Of a DNA stretch of 47,226 nucleotides, positions 9,672-17,123 are shown in pieces; within the stretch, counting starts at the first letter, position 1; every line of letters begins with the position of its first letter. Below the pieces are notes generated by a model. The model was given only the letters and a program-made list of their open reading frames with translations, was not told the DNA's origin and did not search any database. The translations under genes and the position numbers were made by a program. This DNA is from an uncultured bacterium (GTDB lineage: Bacteria; Hydrothermota; UBA3073), in contig CAYRBN010000001.1 of the NCBI GenBank assembly GCA_964422625.1, positions 1 to 47,226 on the forward strand, given 5' to 3'.

Positions 9672-10649
9672 CTATCCACCCCAGATATTGGGGCAATCCT
9701 CGCTCAACCTTGTATGAGCTACTCCCTTACATTCTATCCTCACTTTTACCATGCCAGAATTGCAATCACTATATCTTGCACAGATTGATGCAGCAGTTCT
9801 GATATCTTTCTTCTTGTAAGTTCCCTTCAATATTGTTAGGGGACTACCAAATCCAATTACTTCCATCAACAGATCATTCTGTTCTGCAAGTCTATTAAGT
9901 ATTCCATTCTCCTCCTCATTTCTACCAACTACTACCTTGGCACCACTATCTAATCTAATATGCCTTCCATATCTTAAAAGATGTATATGCTGGACACTAT
10001 CTTCGTTATACTCAAATGCCTCTCTAATCCTTTTTGCAAACTGTGGATCGGTTAATCTACAACCACCTGCCGGGGAGGCATAATCTCTTATGCCCAGTTC
10101 TTCTGCTAACCTCATCTGGGGCTTTCTCGACCGTCCTTCTATTCCGAGCAGTTTCTCCCTATCTATCAATCCTTTTTTCTCTGGGACCGTTGGTGGAAGA
10201 AATTGGCTAGAGAGTGGCCTCAGTATCAATCCTTCTAATTCAGCCTCTTTTTCTATAAGCATCATCGCCTCTCTTCTTTGGGACATTGGACGCTGGCCCA
10301 GGACCTCTCCTGTGAACAGAAAAGATGCCCCCACTTCTTCCATATATTCGCTTGCTTTTTTCAACATGTATATCTTGCAATCTATGCATGGGTTCATATT
10401 CTTCCCATAACCATGCTTTGGGTTCTTTATTATCTTGATGTAATCTTCAGCCCCAACAACCACTTTTATCTCAACTCCAATCTTCTTTGCTATCAGAGTT
10501 GCGGAATGCGGACAACCATTTTTTGTGCAGGAGAAGAAAGGCGTGATAAGATTAAAGAGCATCACTTCAATGCCCTGTTTCAGCATTAATTCTACTGCTA
10601 ATATGCTGTCCAGTCCACCAGATAGTAAGCCAATAGCCTTTGTCATCAC
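9672..10649 (-). CDS. PP-loop ATP pyrophosphatase, ThiI/MnmA-like tRNA sulfurtransferase without THUMP domain
   Basis: LLSGGLDSILA PP-loop, CIDCK cysteines and a ThiI-like GEVLGQRPMSQ motif. Confidence 0.6.
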   Translation of the reverse strand: MMTKAIGLLSGGLDSILAVELMLKQGIEVMLFNLITPFFSCTKNGCPHSATLIAKKIGVEIKVVVGAEDYIKIIKNPKHGYGKNMNPCIDCKIYMLKKASEYMEEVGASFLFTGEVLGQRPMSQRREAMMLIEKEAELEGLILRPLSSQFLPPTVPEKKGLIDREKLLGIEGRSRKPQMRLAEELGIRDYASPAGGCRLTDPQFAKRIREAFEYNEDSVQHIHLLRYGRHIRLDSGAKVVVGRNEEENGILNRLAEQNDLLMEVIGFGSPLTILKGTYKKKDIRTAASICARYSDCNSGMVKVRIECKGVAHTRLSEDCPNIWGG

Positions 10650-10878
10650 TTATCCCCTCAAGCGATTCTCTGTATTGTCAAAAAACTGATAATAGGCTAC
10701 TAGTGCCCTGTATACTAATGTGTGCAACATTTCTATTACAAAACTGTAGGGGGGGCTCTCCCCGATAATATTGTCGGAACTGAAAAGCCCCTTCTACAAA
10801 ATCTACATTTAGCCCCCAAAAAGGTACAGATGTTTATTAACACAGCACCAGACTGAAGATAAGGGAAAAAACATGAGA

Positions 10879-11226
10879 TTAACGACACCTGGGTCCCCGC
10901 TCTTTAGCCTCATCGTCGCAGTCACATGTGCATGCATCATCTCTGTACTTCCCTTCATCGCAGTCATATGTGCATTCAGCGTCTTTGAATTTCTCTTCAT
11001 ACCTTGCTGCGTATTCCTGGATCAGTTTGACTACATCAGGGTTATTCGATGTAATCTTGATGAGAACACCGTTTTCAACATCGCTGATATCAACTTCTAC
11101 ATCCTTTATCCATTCCGGATGTCTGCGATGTCTGTCCTGACACCTACATTCTTCATTATGTGTAGCAGTTAGAAATACGACTCCGACAACGCATGCTAGC
11201 ATAGGCACTATCAAGAATTTATGCAT
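10879..11226 (-). CDS. small secreted Cys/Asp-rich protein, function unknown
   Basis: ATG 11226 follows GGAGGTGA. Hydrophobic signal-like N-terminus (FLIVPMLACVVGVVFL). C-terminus is CTYDCDEG...CTCDCDD. Confidence 0.45.
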   Translation of the reverse strand: MHKFLIVPMLACVVGVVFLTATHNEECRCQDRHRRHPEWIKDVEVDISDVENGVLIKITSNNPDVVKLIQEYAARYEEKFKDAECTYDCDEGKYRDDACTCDCDDEAKERGPRCR

Positions 11227-11241
11227 CTCCCTCACCTCCTT

Positions 11242-11658
11242 TCAATCTTCCAATCTATATGTATATCTTATCTCAGACCCTTTCTCAAGCATTGCTGATA
11301 TACAGCAGTACTTCTCTTTTGAAAGTCGAATAGCCTTTTGAACATTCTCCTCAATAATCTTCTCCCCTTTCAGTATGTATTTTATCTCTATTAATCTGTA
11401 AACCTTTGGGTCCGTTTCTTCTCTCTCGCCTCTCAGCTCAATCTCAAACAGATCTATTCTACTCCCCATTTTCAAAAGGATAGAGACTATATCCATCCCT
11501 GTACAGCCACCGAGAGCGGCAAGAAGAACCTCTATCGGCGTAGGTGCGGCCCCCTTGCCTCCAAACTTCGGCATGGCATCCATAGTTACCGGGTGTTCAC
11601 TATCAATTGCCCCTATAAACTCCATACCACCTTGCCATCTCACTTTTGTCTCAATCAT
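11242..11658 (-). CDS. OsmC/Ohr family peroxiredoxin-like protein
   Basis: GGKGAAPTPIEVLLAALGGCTGMD motif. Start set to ATG 11658, with GGAGG at 11664-11668. Confidence 0.8.
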   Translation of the reverse strand: MIETKVRWQGGMEFIGAIDSEHPVTMDAMPKFGGKGAAPTPIEVLLAALGGCTGMDIVSILLKMGSRIDLFEIELRGEREETDPKVYRLIEIKYILKGEKIIEENVQKAIRLSKEKYCCISAMLEKGSEIRYTYRLED

Positions 11659-11769
11659 GCCCGCCTCCTTTACAGGTGTTATATGTCGGGGTAACTCACA
11701 ATTCCCACTTATTATAACAGATATAAGATATTTTGTCAAGAAAAAAAAAATAAATCCTGTTAATCCTGT

Positions 11770-13752
11770 CTAAAAATCCTGGATATGCTCCCCTATGTTT
11801 GAGGCATGGAAATTTATCCGCTCAAGGTCTGAAATAAGGTCAAGATGCACGGTGCTGGTCTCTATCGATTCCGGAATCCTCTTCCTCAAGCGATCAAGAT
11901 GTCTATCATGGTATTTTGATAAAAGTTTCCTTCCCTCTCTGCCTCTTTTGACAACCTCCATAGCTAAAGCAGTGTCAGATGTAGCAAGTGCATTTATTGC
12001 CATTCCAAGCGTCTCTTTTGAAAACTCTGTAAATTCCTCTAACTCCATGAACCCCTTTTCTGAAAACAGAAACCCCTTTTTTATCTTCTTTTCCGCGTAG
12101 ATCATAAGACTCTTGGAGACAATATCCCCTATATGTTCAAACTGGTCCACTATATGGAGTAATTTTGCACTTCTCTTTGAAAGTTCCAGCGATACCTCCT
12201 CTTGTGACATCTTGATGAGATAGAGGGTTATATTCTCCTCCATGGCATCAACCCTATCATCATCCTTAACAAGCCTTGCCCTCTCGGTCTCCTCGTCTGT
12301 TCTGATCACTTCTATAGAGCGGGAAAGCATTGAGTGAACAATATCTGCCATTCTCAATATCTCCCTCAGTGCCTGTGCAATTGCGATTGTTGGTGATGAG
12401 AGTAGTGTATAATCAAGATAACGGGGTTGAAACTCGGTCTTTTTCTTGGGGATAAGTCGCTTTATCAATCTTGCATAAGGCATGAGCAGTGGTAAGAACA
12501 ATAAAGCAGAGAAGAGATTGAAGAGCGTATGTGCATTTGCAACCTGTCTTGGAGCAGAGCCAGGTATGTATCCCACAAGGGTGGCAAACTGGGGTATAAA
12601 TGGGAGGAAGATAGCCGCCATAATAACCCTGAATAGTATATGTGCAATGGCTACTCGCTTTGCCTCCACGCTTCTGCCGAGAGAGGCAAGTAAGGCTGTT
12701 ATTGATGTTCCTATATTTGCACCCAATATGATTGCTATAGCAGTTTGAAGATTTATCAACCCCTCAAATGAGAGTGCAAGGACAATTGCCATCGTAGCTC
12801 CTGATGCCTGGATTACGGCACTGAATAGGCTTGAGAGAACAAGCAGGGAAATATGATATTCTCCGATGCTCATAAGCTTATCAGTAACTCCGGGGAGGAA
12901 TGTGAGTGGATGAATTGCATCTGTCATAAGCTTCATGCCAAAGAATATGAGCCCAAATGAGAATATAACCCTGCCTGCATAGTGAATCCTTTTACCCTTT
13001 CCAAGTATCATCATAAAAAAACCGCCCGCAATAATGAGAAGTGCTATATCAAACACCTTAAATGCAATCAGTTGCACAGTCAATGTGGTTCCTATCCCTG
13101 CTCCAAGAATAACGCCAAGTGTCTGGACAAAATTTACAAGCCCTGCCTCGGCAAATGAGACAAGCATAACCGTTGTCGCTGAACTTGACTGCGTAAGTAT
13201 CGTGATGAATATACCAACAGCCACCCCAACAACAGGATTCTTTGTCATCCTCCACAGAAGCTCCCTTAACTTACCACCTGCTATTCTTGTGAGTGCCTTG
13301 CCACCAAAGTTGAGCCCATACATAAACAGAGCAAAGCCCCCTAACAGGCCAATTATTAGAAAGAAGAGAAAACCAGACCTCATCGCAATGTAGGAAAGCC
13401 TGACACCCTCCTCTGATAGAGGAGAGGTTGCAGAAAGCCAGTATTCACCCTCCATGTCTCCAGCCCCAAGAGAGAATATTGCATAGCCTCTTGAGTCTGT
13501 TGTTGCAGTGAAGATGGTGTTCAGGTATCCCTTATCTACCCCAGGCGGAGCAGATATAATTCTCAGGCTTACAGGAACTTCCTTCTGGGGAACACCCTCG
13601 TTATCTGTCACCTCAATAATCATAGGAGAGGGAAGTTTCGCACCCACGGTTGCCACCATCCCATCTCCTGATATATCATCTCCTCTTGCATCCCTTGCCC
13701 TTGTAAGGTAGAAAGGGTGAAGAAGAAGTATTATACATAGAAGACCGCTCAT
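11770..13752 (-). CDS. Na/Pi cotransporter family protein with C-terminal PhoU-like domains and an N-terminal Ig-like extension
   Basis: Multi-TM NaPi core (QSSSATT...) plus a PhoU-like helical tail. Start moved to ATG 13752 (MSGLLC...) because the track's TTG start lies on top of a consensus promoter. Confidence 0.85.
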   Translation of the reverse strand: MSGLLCIILLLHPFYLTRARDARGDDISGDGMVATVGAKLPSPMIIEVTDNEGVPQKEVPVSLRIISAPPGVDKGYLNTIFTATTDSRGYAIFSLGAGDMEGEYWLSATSPLSEEGVRLSYIAMRSGFLFFLIIGLLGGFALFMYGLNFGGKALTRIAGGKLRELLWRMTKNPVVGVAVGIFITILTQSSSATTVMLVSFAEAGLVNFVQTLGVILGAGIGTTLTVQLIAFKVFDIALLIIAGGFFMMILGKGKRIHYAGRVIFSFGLIFFGMKLMTDAIHPLTFLPGVTDKLMSIGEYHISLLVLSSLFSAVIQASGATMAIVLALSFEGLINLQTAIAIILGANIGTSITALLASLGRSVEAKRVAIAHILFRVIMAAIFLPFIPQFATLVGYIPGSAPRQVANAHTLFNLFSALLFLPLLMPYARLIKRLIPKKKTEFQPRYLDYTLLSSPTIAIAQALREILRMADIVHSMLSRSIEVIRTDEETERARLVKDDDRVDAMEENITLYLIKMSQEEVSLELSKRSAKLLHIVDQFEHIGDIVSKSLMIYAEKKIKKGFLFSEKGFMELEEFTEFSKETLGMAINALATSDTALAMEVVKRGREGRKLLSKYHDRHLDRLRKRIPESIETSTVHLDLISDLERINFHASNIGEHIQDF

Positions 13753-13762
13753 AGAGGCTCTT

Positions 13763-13791
13763 ATTATACTATACCTTTCCTGATATGTCAA
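13763..13791 (-). promoter_or_regulatory. sigma70-type promoter TTGACA-17-TATAAT, 10 nt before the Na/Pi ATG (near-leaderless)
   Basis: -35 at 13786-13791 and -10 at 13763-13768, read on the minus strand. No SD between -10 and the ATG. Confidence 0.7.
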
Positions 13792-13848
13792 GGGATTTTT
13801 AATTAGATTAGTCAACAGGTGGAGTGGCTTGCTCCATCTGTTATTGCT

Positions 13849-13985
13849 AATATTAGCACACAGATTTACACAGATAAAACTGATTTACACAAATATAATT
13901 CATTATAAAGATTTTTTTAAATCTGTGCCTATCTATTCAATCTGTGTAAATCTGTGTGCTTCTCCTCTTTTTTCCTTGACTTTTT
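13849..13985 (+). repeat. palindromic MITE-like element, copy 1, carrying an outward TTGACT box
   Basis: Perfect 21-nt terminal inverted repeats AGCACACAGATTTACACAGAT (13855-13875 / 13940-13960). About 137 bp near-identical to 24753-24891, including ...cttgacttttt. Confidence 0.85.
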
Positions 13986-14004
13986 ATAAAGAATGTGTTA
14001 AAAT
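13976..14004 (+). promoter_or_regulatory. promoter TTGACT-17-TAAAAT facing the DegT gene
   Basis: -35 at 13976-13981 (inside the repeat element) and -10 at 13999-14004. The CDS starts about 480 nt downstream, with a MITE in between. Confidence 0.55.
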
Positions 14005-14104
14005 AAGTTGTAACTTGAGGGGTAGAGAAAGAGAAGATGCTTCCGATGAATACCGGGACAGAGGCTGTAGAGACCGCAAGAAAATGGGGATACCTTATAA
14101 AAGG

Positions 14105-14386
14105 GGTTCTTCGCGCTTTTAGTTGGTTCAAATGCCGACCAAATGCTATAGGGATTTGAGAATATGGCTTATTGTATTTAAGAGGTAATACCTTTTTCGT
14201 TTTATAAGTAGGAGCTTTCTAAAAAACGGCTTTCAAAAATGTAGGCACGATTTCAAATCGTGCTAGCACAAATTGAATTTGTGCCTACAAATGCTCTAGG
14301 TGAACAGTCTTATATACAAATATGCAAAGAGCGCAAATTCAAGGAGGTTTGTCCATATATTCTACCAACTAAAAGAGCGAAGAACC
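14105..14386. mobile_element. non-autonomous MITE: 23-bp TIRs and 8-bp target-site duplication
   Basis: GGTTCTTCGCGCTTTTAGTTGGT (14105-14127) matches the reverse complement of 14364-14386 at 22/23. ATAAAAGG occurs directly on both sides (14097-14104 and 14387-14394). No ORF inside. Confidence 0.85.
14240..14289 (+). repeat. 50-nt double-hairpin element (copy inside the MITE)
   Basis: TGTAGG-[GCACGATTtcaaATCGTGC]-ta-[GCACAAATTgAATTTGTGC]-CTACA. A reverse-complement copy lies at 36067-36116. Confidence 0.85.
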
Positions 14387-14489
14387 ATAAAAGGAAAGAG
14401 GAGGAAGAGATAGGTGGATAACCTGAAGACTGCCTAACAGTCTATTATCAGTTTTTTTAACAATACTGATTATTAGAAAAGGGGAGAAT

Positions 14490-15578
14490 ATGATAAGATT
14501 GATAGACCTGTGTGAAGAGTATGAGGTGATAAAAGAGGAGATAGATGAGGGTATACGAGAGATAGTCACAAACCAACAGTTCATTGATGGAGGGCATATT
14601 GGAGGATTTGAGAAGGAGTTTGCAGACTATCTCGGTGTTAAACACTGTATTGGGGTAGGGTCCGGGTCTTGTGCCCTTGACCTTGCACTCCTTGCCCTCG
14701 GTATTGGTGACGGTGATGAGGTGATAGTCCCAAGCTTTACATTCATCGCGACTGCTGAGGCGGTCTCACATATCGGGGCAAAACCAGTATTTATTGATTC
14801 AGACTACAAAACCCAGAACATAGATGTTGATAAGATAAAATCTCTTATGACCACTAAAACAAAGGCTGTTATCCCTGTCCATCTCTATGGAAACCCCTGT
14901 GATATGGATAATCTTATCAGGGTTACAGAAGAGAATGGGCTCAAGATTGTAGAAGATTCTGCCCAGGCACAGGGAGCCGTATATAATGGGAAAAAGGTAT
15001 CCACAATTGGTGATGTGGGTGCTTTCAGTTTCTACCCTGCCAAAAATCTTGGGGCTTATGGACACGCAGGAGCTGTGGTAACAGATGACGATGAGATTGC
15101 CGAGAGGATAAGACTTCTTGCAAATCATGGTAGAACAACCCACTATGCCCATATGATACCAGGATACAATTACAGAATGGATTCTATTCAGGCAAAGGTT
15201 CTCTCTATAAAACTTCAGCACCTGAATGAATGGAATAGAAGAAGAAGAGAGATTGCAGATATCTACTCATCTGCTCTTAATGACCTACCTATTCAACTGC
15301 CAGAGGATAATGGTTCTGTATATCATCTTTATGTTATAAGAACAGAAAAGAGAGAGGAACTTGCAGACTGGCTCAAAGAGAAGGGTATAGAAACGAGAAT
15401 TCACTATCCTCTTCCTCTACATCTGCAACCTGCATATAGAGACCTCGGGTATAAGGAGGGAGATCTTCCGGTCTCAGAAAGGCTTGCAAAAGAGGTTCTA
15501 TCTCTACCTCTCTATCCATATCTTAAGAAGGATAGGGTCTGGACAGTGATAGAGAGAGTGAAGGAGTTCTTCTCATAG
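14490..15578 (+). CDS. DegT/DnrJ/EryC1/StrS family sugar aminotransferase
   Basis: 362 aa with family-typical FE.EFA.YLG, IVPSFTFIAT and FYPAKNLGA motifs. RBS is GGGGAG. Confidence 0.9.
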   Translation: MIRLIDLCEEYEVIKEEIDEGIREIVTNQQFIDGGHIGGFEKEFADYLGVKHCIGVGSGSCALDLALLALGIGDGDEVIVPSFTFIATAEAVSHIGAKPVFIDSDYKTQNIDVDKIKSLMTTKTKAVIPVHLYGNPCDMDNLIRVTEENGLKIVEDSAQAQGAVYNGKKVSTIGDVGAFSFYPAKNLGAYGHAGAVVTDDDEIAERIRLLANHGRTTHYAHMIPGYNYRMDSIQAKVLSIKLQHLNEWNRRRREIADIYSSALNDLPIQLPEDNGSVYHLYVIRTEKREELADWLKEKGIETRIHYPLPLHLQPAYRDLGYKEGDLPVSERLAKEVLSLPLYPYLKKDRVWTVIERVKEFFS

Positions 15579-16388
15579 GGGGGTGTTCAGGAACTCCTTA
15601 AGTCCTTGAGGGAGAGCGAAAGCCCCTGTGTGGATTTCAGAAGTGTAATATTTTAAGAGGGGTGGCGGGGGTCTAAATATGGCGGGGGATCTCTGTGATG
15701 CTATGAGAAAAGACCATATCCCCCCTGGATATGTTGGTATTGGAGCAAGGTAGAGTTGGACAGATCTAAATAGCGATCTGAGAGTCTTTATCTGGTTTTT
15801 TATAAACTCTCTATCGTAGAATGGAGACTGGGATTGTGCAATAAATATTCCCCTATCTCCCAGAACCTCTTTACATCTTGAAAGGAACTCTTTTTTTGCA
15901 AGAGAGAGAGCCGAACCTTCCGGGTCTGTTGAATCAACAAAGATAATATCTGCCTTATCAGTTTTCTTTATCCATTTTGCACCATCCTCATAGTAGATTT
16001 TCACCCTTGGGTCAGAAAGCCAGGGACATCCAAATATCTTTCTTGAGACCGCAGTAACCCTTTCATCTATCTCTACAAGAGAGACCCTGTCCACATCATA
16101 TTTTAGGACCTCACGAACTGAAAATCCATCTCCACCACCTATTATAACTATATCCTTTGGAGAGGAATGAGAGAGCATAGCGGGATGAATCAACATCTCA
16201 TGGTATATATACTCATCTCTTTCCGTGAGCATAACCTTGCCCGAAAGAAGCAATACCTTATCAAACTCATAAGTATCAATAACCTCTATCTCCTGAAATC
16301 CACTTTTCTCCCTGTGGAGCAGGCCCTTCACCCGCATAACAATCCCTACATTAGGTGTATGAGGTTCTATAAAGAGAAATCCCTCCAT
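15573..16388 (-). CDS. speE: spermidine synthase (polyamine aminopropyltransferase)
   Basis: IIGGGDGFSVREVLKY and VDSTDPEG motifs. Start set to ATG 16388. Confidence 0.9.
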   Translation of the reverse strand: MEGFLFIEPHTPNVGIVMRVKGLLHREKSGFQEIEVIDTYEFDKVLLLSGKVMLTERDEYIYHEMLIHPAMLSHSSPKDIVIIGGGDGFSVREVLKYDVDRVSLVEIDERVTAVSRKIFGCPWLSDPRVKIYYEDGAKWIKKTDKADIIFVDSTDPEGSALSLAKKEFLSRCKEVLGDRGIFIAQSQSPFYDREFIKNQIKTLRSLFRSVQLYLAPIPTYPGGIWSFLIASQRSPAIFRPPPPLLKYYTSEIHTGAFALPQGLKEFLNTPL

Positions 16389-16389
16389 T

Positions 16390-16415
16390 CTACTCACTAC
16401 TCACTACTCGCTACT
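16390..16415 (-). repeat. gtgagta heptamer array spanning the speD stop and the speD-speE spacer
   Basis: Minus strand reads agtagcgagtagtgagtagtgagtag. It encodes the last speD codons (..SSE) and the stop. Confidence 0.85.
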
Positions 16416-16769
16416 CATATCCACAACCCCTCTCTTAATGAAGGATATTTTGACATGCTCTGGCCGAAATGTGGTTTTCAAATGTTCTATAGCGATGTCT
16501 ACATCAATACTATCACTGCACGAGAAAAAATCTATTGCAGCATAGTTGTGCTCTGGCCAGGTGTGCACCGAGAAGTGAGATTCTGCTATTATTACAACGC
16601 CTGATACACCATAAGGTTTGAAATGATGAAATCTGGAGGTTATTACTCTGGCATGAGATAGGCAGGCTGCTTCAAGAAATGCCTCCTCTACTTTTCCTGA
16701 GTCAGAAATTAGAGATGGCAAACACCCATAGAACTCTATAATGGTATGTCTCCCTAATATCTTTTCCAC
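16404..16769 (-). CDS. speD: S-adenosylmethionine decarboxylase proenzyme (small bacterial/archaeal type)
   Basis: Self-cleavage and active-site context IIAESHFSVHTWPE. 121 aa, GTG start. Confidence 0.85.
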   Translation of the reverse strand: MEKILGRHTIIEFYGCLPSLISDSGKVEEAFLEAACLSHARVITSRFHHFKPYGVSGVVIIAESHFSVHTWPEHNYAAIDFFSCSDSIDVDIAIEHLKTTFRPEHVKISFIKRGVVDMSSE

Positions 16770-16829
16770 TCTCTATTATCTGTTGACTGTCAGGGTCATC
16801 ACCCATAAAAAGCCTCCATAAGTTATCTT

Positions 16830-16858
16830 ATTGTAACAGAAAAATTCTTTTTTGTCAA
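16830..16858 (-). promoter_or_regulatory. promoter TTGACA-17-TACAAT for speD-speE
   Basis: -35 at 16853-16858 and -10 at 16830-16835 on the minus strand, preceded by the T-run tttttttc. Confidence 0.65.
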
Positions 16859-16929
16859 GAAAAAAATTCGCTAACTATACGAATAGAAATCAATAGAAAT
16901 TTAGTGAGATTAGTGGACGCACTTTTTTC

Positions 16930-16957
16930 TTGACTTTCTCTATTTCTGTGTTATAAT
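16930..16957 (+). promoter_or_regulatory. promoter TTGACT-16-TATAAT for sppA (divergent from the speD promoter)
   Basis: -35 at 16930-16935 and -10 at 16952-16957. The upstream block agtgagattagtggacgcacttttttc resembles the one at 34870-34903. Confidence 0.65.
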
Positions 16958-17123
16958 CAGAAGGAGTGGTGAGTTGAGCAATTGCGTATAAAAGGGGTAT
17001 AATGTTCAAAACAGAGAAGTTTAGCATTTGGATATTGTCTGTAATTTGGTGCTTGAGATTTGGAATTTAGAGTATGAGGGTATTTAAGGAGGTATTTTTG
17101 ACAATCTTTGACCAGGAGGTTGT

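Noticed and set aside
9641-10878. Search for TPP, SAM or other riboswitch cores upstream of thiN, the ThiI-like gene and speD (16770-16870).
   Set aside because: I could not find the conserved TPP (CTGAGA ... ACCTGATCTGGATAATGCCAGC-like) or SAM-box cores by eye. Only a Rfam/Infernal scan could settle this.
10873-11172. 99-aa plus-strand ORF overlapping the 10879-11226 minus-strand ORF.
   Set aside because: The minus-strand ORF has GGAGGTGA before its ATG and a signal-peptide-like N-terminus. The plus-strand ORF has neither.
13829-14645. Track ORFs 13829-14122, 13937-14131, 14369-14584 and 14457-14645.
   Set aside because: They lie entirely within the palindromic element, the promoter or the MITE and its TIR/TSD. 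They have no SD, and their composition is that of repeat DNA.
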